Positions 25,100 to 37,404 of a stretch of 64,000 bases of DNA are shown piece after piece (within the stretch, counting starts at the first letter, position 1; every line of letters begins with the position of its first letter). This DNA is from Mizuhopecten yessoensis (lineage: Eukaryota). Both the position numbers and the translations under genes were made by a program. Below the pieces are notes generated by a model. The model saw nothing but the letters and a program-made list of their open reading frames with translations. It was not told the origin of the DNA and made no database searches. The DNA is taken from NCBI RefSeq assembly GCF_002113885.1, contig NW_018408915.1, forward strand, positions 1,373,774 to 1,437,773, given 5' to 3'.

Positions 25100-26930
25100 G
25101 AAGAAAAGGATTGTGAAGTAGGTAAAGCATATGTGATCGATCTTATCACTGTGTAATGAACTTATTATATCTCAAATGAGGTTTGAAATATCACTTTCAA
25201 TGAAAGCCAGCTTCAAATGTAAAAACATATTTTTCACGAGCAATAATTTTTGCGATTATTTTCAAAAGGCTTATCCAGGAAGAAACCCCTGAAACATGTA
25301 ATTCGTAAAATAAACATAAAGTGTTTCAAGCCTATATCCTTTTAAAATGCAACTGATGAATATTCGCGGCAGGTGTTTTAATGCGTGTTTACTCTAGTTA
25401 TCTATTCTGCAACACCCTCTTCCGAGTATTATGTGCAGCGACTCTCCTGAGCAAATACATACACAGTCTCATGCCAACAGCAAAAGACATATTGTCGTCA
25501 AAGTGAAGTTCAAATTGTCCAAATCTGCGTTTTTTCAAGAATTTCGCCAATTGGACACGTTTTTTGTCCTTTTCTATTTTAATTAATGTTCCATTCTATT
25601 TCATTTGGTTAGGTGAATGGGTTTTTTTCATGAGATACCACTGGTGTCACGAGTGGTTCCCCAAATGTCTACATTTCCATTTTATTATGGGAAATCATGC
25701 TGTTTTACTTTTTGTTTATGTATCTCCTAAATTCCAGTTGTTGTCTTTCGTTTCTTCATTTCGATTTTCGATTCTATTACTGTTCATTGACGCAATGGCA
25801 TTCCTTTCCCCTTTAAAATCTTTGAACAACGCGCTAAATCAATTTAGATTTTCTATATTAATTATGTGCAATAAATTCTACAATTCGTTTATTTTTCAAC
25901 GAATTACCTTGCTTGATCGATGTTGCATATACCAAAGACATTGAGCACAGGTTATAGATTCGTTTGAAAATTGCAATCTAAGCAGATTGGTAGACCGTGA
26001 TACAGGTCTGTGCAACGGCGATCTACAGAAACAGGAATAGATTTCCCGAAACATACCACTGAAATGTATTACAGGTACCGCTAAATACATCGGTATCTAT
26101 TTCAGTAACACTGTTCACACCTCCGTCCGCATTTGGTTGTGTCCACTGCTTCATATATTGAGTTTGCGGAGCGATAACTCACCAACGTACAAGTATTTTG
26201 TGTAGCTCTGCATATAGACTCCCATTTGAAAAAAACCACTTGAACCCGGGTCGTATTTAGAAATGTAACTTGAAGGATAAAGTCTTTAATGTGCGGCCAT
26301 ATATAACGGTGTCGAAAAGAGCGTTGTCTAAAAATACAGGTAGCGGAGTAGAACTCATAAACTACGGATACAAGTACAAAGAATCTATCTAAAGACGAAT
26401 TTGGAAAAAATATTTACAAAGCTTCTTCCGTTGACTATCATAACCATTCATTTTCTACTTCTCAGCCGAATTTGAAGAAAGTTGCAATCGATATATTTTC
26501 TCTCCATATGAATCTGTGTTTGAGATATTTTCGTTTATTGGAAGTTATGAATGTGTTCGAGCAATTTCCAGTGTATCACAGCTGTTTTCAATTATTTGAT
26601 TTCAGAGTTTGGTCATTTTCGGAAACTTAAAGCTGTAACCGGTTTTCACAAGTTATTTGAAATTGTAGTCGAGATATTTTCGGTCCGTAGGAGTTGTCAA
26701 AAAGACTTTATTCTGTCTTTGAAATAGTGGTCGGAACGATTTTCGATTTGATTAAGCTGTGTGAAGTTGTAATCGTAAGATTTTCGATTATTTGAAACAT
26801 CGGATCATCGTTGAAGACCCCTGAACAGTTTATGATCATTGCATCAAGTGTTCCAGGAAAATTTGTTGAAGGTAAGGTAAGAGAGATCAATTAATTGTTA
26901 GTTGTCATGTTATTAATTTATCGAAATCGT
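25100..26930 (-). pseudogene. Heavily decayed intronless LRR-TM-TIR (Toll-like receptor-type) relic
   Basis: Hand translation across frames gives ordered LRR-like motifs (LIDLSY, LFRGLQR..DVSNN, IYRLQLSSNS, LSLRKLNI, NSVTEIDTDVFSG..WYVSGNLFxCFC..ITCA, MNSNRIE), a hydrophobic stretch FTLTTICLLLLA, then TIR-like IFIS..FLPG..SQKLLLV in one frame. Many stops and frameshifts. Confidence 0.45.
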
Positions 26931-26989
26931 TTTCATTTCTAATATGTGCATGCCCTTTCTCTAACAACAATCGTAAATTCGTGAAATCC

Positions 26990-27740
26990 ACTTCTGATGT
27001 ATGCGTCCTCATTAGTGGCCGTAGCCGATACTTTCACTTCCTAAGTATGCGTCCCCTGTAGTGCCGAGACTTTATTGTTAAGTACGCGTCCGTTGTAGCG
27101 GTCATATCCTACTCTTACTTCTGAAGTAAGTGTCCGTTGTAGCGGTCGAAGCCTACTCTTACTTTTGCAGTAAGCGTCTGATTTAGTGATTGGAGTCTAA
27201 TCTAAGTGTTTTTTACTTCTTATATACGCATCCTCTTTAGCGGCAAATGTCTAGTCTTACTTCTGTCTAAAGTAAGCATCCTCATTAAAGGCCGTCGCTG
27301 ACTCTTACTTACTTTTGAAGTAAACGTCTTCGTTAGAGGCCGTTGCATACTCTTGCTTACTATTGAAGTAAACGTCTCCGTTAGCGGCCGTTGCATACTC
27401 TTGCTTACTTTTTAAGTAAACGTCTTCGTTAGAGACCGTTGCATACTCTTGCTTACTTTTTAAGTAAACGTCTTCGTTAGAGGCCGTTGCATACTCTTGC
27501 TTACTTTTGAAGTTAACGTCTCTGTAAGCGGCCGTTGCATACTCTTGCTTACTTTTGAGGTAAACCTCTTCGTTAGCGGCCGTTGCATACTCTTGCTTAC
27601 TTTTTAAGTAAACATCTCCGTTAGAGGCTGTTGCATACTCTTGCTTACTTTTGAAGTAAACGTCTTCGTTAGAGGCCGTCGCCCACTCTTGCTTACTTTT
27701 GAAGAAAAAAGCTTCGTTAGAATCCGTCGCCTACTCTTCA
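26990..27740. repeat. Minisatellite: ~9 homogeneous 48-bp units (27294-27740) preceded by ~7 diverged ~44-bp units
   Basis: Consensus GTTGCATACTCTTGCTTACTTTTGAAGTAAACGTCTTCGTTAGAGGCC at 27342, 27390, 27438, 27486, 27534, 27582, 27630 and 27678. Confidence 0.95.
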
Positions 27741-28511
27741 GGAAGTGTCTTCCGTATTGTTTATAAAATGTGGCCTTCTAAAGCATCAGTAGCCTAAACA
27801 CATTTTGCAGTAGAAGAATTACAATGTATCGCGGTAACCGACCCCAATGTATCTCTTAGGTGAGTAGGATATATATATATATGCGAGGAGGAGAGGACAT
27901 TTGGTTGATGTCCGTTGACTACCATATGTTTTCTTTGAACACTGCTTAAGGACTTCCCATCCTTCGTAATACAAAATAAATAAATTGTAAAGACTTTGTG
28001 CGTATTTGGTTCAAATTTTCACTCTTTTTGTATGAAACTATATGTCCTGTTTGCGTTTAGCTTATATATAATAACTTGTATCCATATAATTTCAATAATA
28101 AACACTTTGTGTAACATGTTGTAGACATTTTATGATAAATACAATATTTGTAGGGTTGATTAGCAATGCTTTTTTTCATTATTTTATTGTTGTAATAGTT
28201 TTGAACTATGCCATACACTCAAAAATTATTAAGGTGTTAAGTTGAGAAAAAATCATTTTTCGGTATTTTTTACCAAAAAATCCTCAGTTTATCGGAATGC
28301 TTAGTTATTTATTAAATCATCTCTGCATAGTGACATAACCATTATGTGAAACTTTCATTTAATTCTGCTGGTTAATTGCGAAAGGGTGGAGCCTCCTTAA
28401 TCCAGAACAATTACGAAATGAATAAACCAATTTGCGAAGTCAACCATTGTGACATCGCAATACAGACAACAACAAAAATAAACTCTATATATTTCACACT
28501 AATTACATTCT

Positions 28512-28594
28512 ATCAACTTATATTTATCACTCTTGTTAGCCCAAATCTTAGCGTGCAGGGGGGTCTTGAAGTGGTGAGAGGAAACCGGAGTACC
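28512..28594 (-). mobile_element. V-SINE family B 3' fragment
   Basis: TTAGCGTGCAGGGGGGTCTT...GAGGAAACCGGAGTACC matches the 3592 copy. Confidence 0.7.
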
Positions 28595-29445
28595 ATTCTG
28601 GCAACCTTTCTTCCGGGATACGAAATCTAGATTACAATATTCACCATGCCAACTCTACGTATGAAATGGGGCAAATTCCCTCCACAGTTAACTCCATACC
28701 TGTCACCTTCACTCTGGGGCTGAACCTCTTTCGGATGACGGAATCCAGAAGAATAACCTGCTGGATTCCGAAAAAAAGGATTGTTAACGATGATCAGCGA
28801 AAAAACATTATTTTTTGCCAAAACATTCTTGGTAATGCGGTAACTATCTTTAGTTCGTTTGTGTTAAGGAAATATAGGATATATAAACAAATTCATTACC
28901 AATATGTAATTATTCGGATTTATTTATTTAGTCTATGACCATCTGATCAGTAAATTGTTGTCCTTTACAAACTGTACATGTAAATGAGATTGTAATTGTA
29001 TGATAGAGTGACATTTAATTGGCAGATATTTTCTTCTCTTCCTCCTCCTGCTCCTCCTTTGGCTCCACCTGCTCTTCTCCCTCCTTATTCCCCCTCCTCA
29101 ATTAAGGTTGTAAACGTCTGTGACCTTTGCTTCATGTACTTCTGTCACGTTCACCAGAACGAGCTGTCAGACACGAATCGTTTATAGTACGCTACGCTTT
29201 TAGTACATTTATACAACGACACAGCACCACGTACATGTAATAAACACGATATCCTATATCTAGCACAACAACTGCCAGGCGATTGTTTTTTATCAAATAT
29301 GTTTCTTGAATGTTTTTACAAAACGATTAACATCTTCGTACGTTTTTTCTGAGATTTTAATTTGGATATTGTTTGTTTGAAAGTATTTCATTTTCAACAA
29401 ATAATAAAAAAAAAAAAAAAAAACGATTTTAATGCTATCAACGAT

Positions 29446-29664
29446 TTTGGTTTGGTTTCTTTGCGTTTTACGTGCTATTAACAGCTATGGTCTCTTAAGG
29501 ACGTGCCAGCTTTTGGTGGTGGAGGAAAGCCGGAAAAACCACCGACCTACGGCCAGTACCTGGCGACAGCCCCACGTAGGCCTCGAACCCGCGAACCAGT
29601 GGTCGAGGGCTTGTGGTAGCTAGCAGATTGTCAGACGCCTTAACCACTTGGCCACCGCAGCCCC
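29446..29664 (-). mobile_element. Full-length V-SINE family A
   Basis: Reverse complement of the 4238 family (head ...TAACCACTTGGCCACCGCAGCCCC; tail TTTGGTTT..GTTTTACGT). Confidence 0.88.
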
Positions 29665-30589
29665 AACAAAGTTCAAATTACATTAATGAGTCTAATATAC
29701 TAACCACAGTGGCGATGCTAGAATGACTACAAAACCATGAACAGAACCTTGTATCATTCCTGAAGGCAAATCGCAATAATACCTGTGGGGGATGTTTTAC
29801 ACTGATTTTAACAATCAATTTGAATATATTGAATATATCAAGTTTAATTTGTCAGGTTAAGAAATTGGATCCAGCACAAATACATACAGATAAAGGAGAG
29901 GATACTACGTGACAACAGGTGAGTTCGCGCCTGACCTTTGGGAATGTTACAAAATTCAGCTGATAATTCGAAATATGAAGGGCGTGCTCAAGCCTCCTAC
30001 ACACTACGGTAACGGAGAATTCCATGATTACGTACGTGATCGACCTCCCATGACAACCTGCACGTGCCGTTGATCAGCGTATTAGGACGTCACACTGACG
30101 TCAGAATAGGCTATCTATCCTTCGTGAAATGCTACGCGCTGACAGCCTGAGCCACTATCAGGACACTAAACAAATCGACGCCGGTATCGCCCCATAAAAC
30201 GCCAGCTCACTGTAACTAATTCTCCCCAAAATTATGATCATTGTTTGATATCCGATAAGTATAGATCATATTAGTTAAGTTAGAACAAATGTCCTTTTCA
30301 AGTGGGCGAGTCCGAACCTCTTTCTAACAGAAGTATGGCGTTTAGGTCGTGTTCGTGTGTCTTGGGGTCAGTAACCTGTTTATGATGACCAAGATCAGGC
30401 ATGTTTGAGTTAAACGTATATAAACAAACGTGCATTTTTTTTCAAATACCTCTTACACTTCTCAAATCGAACTTTTAATGATAAACTTTAGCTTGTATTG
30501 AAAAATAATTTCATCCCATATATTTCAGACGAACGCTGATCAACTGAAGATAGCTATTGTGTATTAAAATAAAATGTATGCAGCTAACC

Positions 30590-31130
30590 CGTATTTTACT
30601 ATAAGCTGTTGTGTTTTAACATCTACATAACTATAACCTGTACTGTAACAAACTGACTGTAAAAAGCTAGCAACTGTAGTTACTTACACTGTTCTGTTAT
30701 TTACCATAACCTGTGTTATACAAACATGCATATTACTGTAAAATGTAGTTCACTACATGTAACACGTATATAACTATAACCATTATAACATGTAGATAAC
30801 TATAACTTCTAGTTAACTGATTACATAATATGTAGACAACGCTAACTTGTAGTTAACTAATTATGTAATCTTTAGATAACTTTAACGTATGATTTACTTC
30901 CAGTACATTACTATAAACTGTTAAAAAAAAAAACCACTCACATGTGCATTGATATAACATGTAGTTTACTGACCTGTAGATAACTTTAACTTGATAATAA
31001 CTAACCTGTCTCTTATTATAACTATTCTAAACGGGTTTACTACCTGTAACTCATCTGTAGACAATTAACCTCTTTATGCAGGTATATTACCTGTATATAA
31101 CAAGCTTGCAGACAAGTAACATGTAGATAA
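30590..31130. repeat. Degenerate low-complexity tandem repeat (TGTAGATAACTATAAC-like)
   Basis: Recurrent ATAACTATAAC / CTGTAG / TAGTTAACT modules. Confidence 0.6.
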
Positions 31131-33908
31131 TTAAACAGAAGAAAATCAACCTTTATAAAACTAAGATGTTATAATTTTTGTCATCCCCTCCTTAGTTTGG
31201 TTCGGTTTATTGGATCTATGGCCTATAAACAGCTAAAGGTCATTGAAGGACGTACCCCATGTATATATTGTAAACATATGTTCCCCTTCCCCACCCCCTC
31301 CCGTAGAAAATTGATGACTAGATATTGCGTTATTGTATACCTGTATGGAAACGGTAAGCACGCATTTATGTACGTGCGTTTTGGAAGCTGATATGGAGAA
31401 CGTGCTTGGAAACCAATCCGCGCTTAAAACTCATTATGTTCTTTACATGAACTGCAGAGATAAAACTATCAAAATCCTTCTGACGTCATCAATGTAATCT
31501 TGTCCTATTAGTTCGTTTGAAATGCCATATTTTGTTGACGTATTCAGAATTAAGAAAGTAACCTGTTCTCATTCACATAGAGATGTACACTTAATCAAGG
31601 TTACTTGAGTGTGGTCCACGCTCTCCCACTCACAGTAACCGGTATATGATAGCATTGATATTGGCCTCTCGCCCTCACGACCTCCATTACGCCCCCCTCC
31701 GAGTATAGTTATCATACAACTTTAACGTTAACTGTTTGAAAATTAATATAATTGCTATTTTTCATCAACATCGTTATCATGTGTTTTCCGCGATGTTCAA
31801 ATTTCCGTGTACTTGATATTTAATTCAAAGTCAACAGGGTGATTATCTTCTACGAGAAACAAATCTGCACCTAATAAACACCGCAATTATACCTTAAAAA
31901 TATTAAAAATAATAATACTAAAAAATTATCCAGATTAGGTAAACAATTGGATATATATATAACAAACAAAGAAGGATCATTAGTATTAACGGCGGCGTAC
32001 TGGTAATGGCCTCTTTACTGTATGTATCAGATTTGACGCACTCTTCCATGAACGATTACTTCCGGGTTCTTCTCATGCGGGCGAATGTGATAACTTTCCC
32101 ATTGTCCATTCAAGACTACAATTGATAAGTAGGGTTTGTCGTTTATACCCGAGTTCCCCAGCTCATAAAAGATTACAGAATACTGATGCATCAGATTCTT
32201 CTCATGAGATAATAAAAAAGTCGGGATAGTTTTTCCCATTCATGAAAGACGCAGATATTGTCACGTGTTGGTAAATATACAATAAAAAAACGTTGATATA
32301 CGACGTTCATATGGACCCAACATGGGATAAATAAATTAGTAGATTTATAACTTTAATGGCCTTGTTTTGAAATCTTTTGCACGTGCCATTGAAACTGTAT
32401 CTACCAGAAAAAGCATGCACTCAATCAAGTGTCGAATAAATGTCTTTTATGAATTTCTCTTTTTATTATCAAATTTACCTTCTATTAGCTACGTTGGACA
32501 CGAGTATATTACATGTTGCGCAGTATATCCTTTCCGCTGCGCAGAATCTGGTCCTTCAATTTCGTTGTTTCGATGTTTTGTCACCTGTTCTTATTTTTGT
32601 TGTCTCTTCTGTTTTTTTATTTTGCCTACTCTATTCGACCCCCAGTTCCGATTTTGTTCTTTTGTGTTGACATTGTGGTACAATTATATATACATTTTGT
32701 ATATATTCCTTCCTAAATGAACAAAATAGTCCTATGGTGCAGTACATGTTTGGCTTTCTGCGTCGAAATCACGTAAAGGGAACCAGCAAGTATAACTAAT
32801 ACATTTGACTTAACTATAGTTATTGGAAATGAAAATGTTTGAAAAAATAAATAAATTAAAAAACACATAAAAAACCAGGGGTCGAACCAAGAACCTGTAC
32901 ATTACATTGCCTACATATTACCGATGTTGCCATACAAAAAATATACAAACACAGTAGCCAAATGAATGTGAACTTTATGGGTCACAAAACATATGTTAAA
33001 ACATGACAGGGCAATAGTAAGCCAGAAAAACGCCCTTTGGTTGCTACATCTTCTATAGAGAAGGGGTTAGACTCCAAATAAAAAGGCTTTATTCGCGGTT
33101 TAAGCTCGTGTAGTGGTACCTTTACTTAAATAGTGTGTTTGGTGCTAGGTGATATGCCACAGATAAATGGGTCACCGTTAACATAATTCAACTTATGCCG
33201 CAGCACGGAACAGAACAGTACTTTATTAAACACTCAAATTGCTACAAAGTACACATACTCTTCAGTAAACAGTTCTGGATTCAGCTTGTTTGGAGACTGA
33301 AATACTTGCCTAATGCATATCAAAACGTTACATAGGTTTTTCAAAAACGATGATATTAATCCAATTTCATAATTATAATTATAACGGTACTTATACCATA
33401 GACAACACGGAGGGACTCCGAACAATAATGAACTTGAAAGTTCTCGGTATTAAATGGGGTTAGTAGCAATCACAGTGGGGTCGATTGAAAGGAAATGTCG
33501 TGTTGTTATCACACAATTTTGTAATTATTAACTGTAATTATACCTTAACGTACATTTTAAATGTGCAAAATGAGTGCTAATGCCTATTCAGATGACATCA
33601 ACAAACAGATCAATATCTTCGATTTTTTTGTTTAAGTACGATGTTATGATGTCATAAATTGATATAAACAGGAAATGGCGAATATTCTCGTTCGATTGTC
33701 AGCTGATCATCTCAAAATTAATTGAGCATATAACCATAACTTGTCACTTTTGTCATGTTTGGCACGTGTATGTATTTCGTCATACTTCAAAATACTCTTA
33801 ATTTGCGAACAACGCCTGTAAATTTCTATCGCGAATACTTGAACTCGCGATTGCCTGAATACCAGGATCATTAAGAAATTATCTTCGGAAGAAATATTCG
33901 CTAAAGAG

Positions 33909-34236
33909 TTTTTGTCTCGCCGCCACGAAATTGAAGCGAGACTGAGGTGTTGCTTTTCCGGCGACGGCGGCGTCAACATTAAGGTTTTTGCGTTTAAGTT
34001 AGTCTCACTGAAGGCATACGTGATAGACCAACCGATCTTGGACCATATATGCAACCTAGGTAGTACATCTCAACCCATGCATCAAATGCTGGATGCGGCC
34101 TACCTTTCATGGTCCATTGACTTTGTCAGCATCTCAATAAACTTTTAGTTTTTTGCGTTTAAGTTAATTTCTCATATATGTGGATTGATGGTCAAAGCGG
34201 GGCATAGGCGAGACATATCAATCCAAATGGCTTGTT
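33909..34236 (+). mobile_element. pearl/CvA-like non-autonomous Helentron-type element (copy 1)
   Basis: T-run start, subterminal inverted repeat TGTCTCGCC...GGCGAGACA, (GGC)n tract, repeated core TTTTTGCGTTTAAGTTA, short 3' end then TTGTTT; second copy at 37219. Confidence 0.75.
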
Positions 34237-34600
34237 TTCCAAAAATAACATTTTGTAACAAACAAACAAAAAGGTTTCTGATTGTTTTTCACAAATATTT
34301 TAATATAGAATACTGACTACATTTTTAAAGGTGCACTCTTCCATGATACAAGCCGGTATACTCTGTGCGGGATTGCGTATTCCCAGAGGTTTGCCGTAAC
34401 CTCGATAGCCACAGTCATCTGTTTTGAGTAGTGGAACGGTTCGTAATATATTATACACAATTTACTCATTTTTTTAAATTTGAAATGAACCAGTATTTCT
34501 CTAAATTATGAAATTCATAAGATAAAGAGTGTTCACGCACCTCCCTTCTCTTCTGTTTTAAGAGTAGTTTAGAACTATTTTGGGTTTACGAAATTTTACG

Positions 34601-34668
34601 AACCTGGCACGTCCTTAAATTACCATAGCTTTTAACAGGACCTTAAATACAAACAAACCAAACCAAAC
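34601..34668 (+). mobile_element. V-SINE family A 3' tail only
   Basis: CTGGCACGTCCTTAAATTACCATAGCTTTTAACAGGACCTTAAATAC(AAAC)n. Confidence 0.7.
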
Positions 34669-36822
34669 AAAATGTATCAATAGCAAAGTTTACAAGTTAC
34701 GTTAATCTGTCCTATGAAAGTATAAACAGTCTCTCCAAGCGTAGGAGGTCACGTGATTGATCAGCGTTCTCATTCAGGATCGAATCGAAAACAAGAACTT
34801 CTTGTAGTAGGAATACGAACCATCCCTTTGTAAAGGACCGGCACTGACATACCTAATTATTCCACTACTTATACCCAGATTAACACATACAACAAATAAA
34901 ACTCGAATTATTCCAGCAATTATGCTACGTATTACGCTCCCGCACTGCCGGTAATGGCTGATCATTGTCTAAGAGTACAAAGGGTGAAAGGTGCCTACAA
35001 CTCTATTTAAATATGACCTCTGCGAATCAAAAAATTGAAATAAAATGTTCCACTTAAAGAATTCATAATTTACAAGATGTTACATACACAGTCAACTATC
35101 TGGTATCAGTTTGTTTTAAGACCTCGTATCCTTAATATTAGACAGTTCGATTTGTTTTGTAGATTATCTTAATGCTTCATTTAAGATTGAAGCTCTAGCC
35201 GATTTCTAAATGTATTATCTACAGGCCTAAAACATGTATTGCTATTCGAAAAGACAATAAAGATAGGGAACGCAAATTTTCCCAAGTGGGAAGCAGATCA
35301 ATGTTGGTCTCTACTATGTCCTTTTGTTAGAAAACACAGAAGAAAAACTATGATTCTGCAGGAGCCCCTCATTAGTTGCCTCTTACGATTATGCAATGGG
35401 ATATAGCAGGGATATTTTTGATTTTTTCGTTATTTCCGTTATATTCATACAAAGTCAGTAATAGTTTTCGGGCCTTCTTAAAAATTTAATTATTATAACG
35501 GCAACACTTTAAAGACAAAACCCGATGTTTTGGTCTTTTAAACTCGCCATTAAAAGGATAGGGACACTTACGTAGTCATCCCGGCACCGGATCGGTGTCG
35601 CCATTGGAATTTTAAGGTTGAAGTTTGGCGAAAGTGTCAACGTTTATTTATGTAACCTTCAATATGAGTGCAAGAGTACTACATATATATATGTTTACTT
35701 TTGGCATGATTAACCGCAGACCAAACAGACATTTTTTAATTGTTGACCTGTTTTGCACTCAAAACTTTTTTTTAAACGCTAGATATACACTTTTCCCGAA
35801 CAGTTCCTGTTAACATTTTGACGCGTATGTGTAAGCTTCTAAAATTAATCATTTTATGATACAACGATGGAATGTTTTATTTCAAATTGCTGTGGAGTTT
35901 CTAGTATGACACATAGGGACTACATGTACCGAGATGTTATGATAAAAGTGTACTCATCCTGTTTCTGTGTAAACTATCATAAAATCGTGACATTATCCAA
36001 AACAATCTCCCGAAATCAGCTGTATGAGTCAAATTTCAAAATTCTAATAACATGAATAATAGGCATCGTCAAAAAATGTAAAATAATGCAGAATTAAAAT
36101 ATATGCACTATTATTTAAACATGTGAAGTAACACCAATTCATTTGTTAAATAAGAGAAAGATTTATTTTTATAAATAATGGTATTTGTTGTAAACGAAAT
36201 AAACTCTGCCTACAACAAGCTTTGGTATAAAGTTTCTCTAATGATATTCCATGACTTTTCATTATTTTCAATGGGAAGTAAATGGGAATGGGCGTTCAAT
36301 GCAACAGAGTGATGGTTTTGCATCATTAGACTGCTTGCGAGTTATGCTATTTTGTGCGAAATATGCACAGACAAAAATATCGCTTTCAGGAATCTTTTCG
36401 GAAAAAAATATATATTTTAGTAACAATTTATTTATCCATGAATAGTCCTACTTCTGACATTTTACCGGGAACTGTAGTTTCCTGATGAGTAATATAAAAC
36501 GTTACTATAAGCTTTCGTGGCCTCAATGAAAAATTGACAGAAAAACAATTGAATTGTAATAACAACAAATTATCAGATTATCTGAGTGAAAATACAAACA
36601 ATTTTTAGTTACAGTAAACAACTATACTTTCGCGTTGATATTCGAACAGTTTAATGTACAAATTTGAATCCTCCGTGATTATCACTTCTATCAATAATTA
36701 CATTTACTATTGAATGAATAAAACCTACAGGCAAAGTTAGCGACATATGATTAGCTCGACAATTGAGTTATTTAAATATAAACTTTATTTATTATACAAC
36801 AATTATGAGACAAGTGTTTACT

Positions 36823-36960
36823 ACTTATATTAATCATCCTTTTCGGCCCTGATGTTAGCACGCGCGGGGTCTTAATGAGGAAGGAAACTGGAGTACCCGA
36901 AGAAAACCCACATGGTCGGGCAGATGTCCCCATACCTTTCCACGTCCGATCGGGGATCGG
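36823..36960 (-). mobile_element. V-SINE family B, head-truncated
   Basis: GGCCCTGATGTTAGCACGCGCGGGGTCTTAATGAGGAAGGAAACTGGAGTACCCGAAGAAAACCCAC matches the 3592 copy. Confidence 0.78.
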
Positions 36961-37218
36961 TTTGAGTTATTTAGAGTACAGGCGCGCGGTAACATTTAAA
37001 CGTGATTATCAAACGAACAAAGTTGACATTATTCTAGCATTATTCTTCGCTCTTCCTTTTTCAAGTACTTGTTTGGGACGATTTTGGAATTAAATTTCGT
37101 TGCTAGGTAATTCAGAATTGATTTTGTTATAACGAAATCTTGTTCATGTCTTCAAAGTGGAAATCAATCATCAAATAATAGACTAAAATATCATTTATAT
37201 TTCATAGAAAACATCAGG

Positions 37219-37404
37219 TTTTTGTCTCGCCGCCACGAGGTAGCGGACGCGTGGCTAAGGTGTTCCTTTTCCGGCGGCGGCGTCAACATTAAGTTTTTGC
37301 GTTTAAGGTAGTTTCACTAGAGTGCTAGACCAGCCAAACTTGACATGTGCATTGATAGTCAAGGCGGGGCAAAGGCGAGACATATCAATCCAAATTGCTT
37401 GTTT
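37219..37404 (+). mobile_element. pearl/CvA-like Helentron-type element (copy 2, internally shorter)
   Basis: Same ends as 33909-34236: TTTTTGTCTCGCCGCCACGA ... GGCGAGACATATCAATCCAAATTGCTTGTTT. Confidence 0.75.

Noticed and set aside
27294-27740. CRISPR array
   Set aside because: Contiguous tandem units with no unique spacers; eukaryotic context; no cas genes.
36482-36520. Hammerhead ribozyme (CTGATGA + GTAAT/GTTAC stem)
   Set aside because: The required GAAA after stem II is absent (TATA instead). The other CTGATGA sites I checked also fail.
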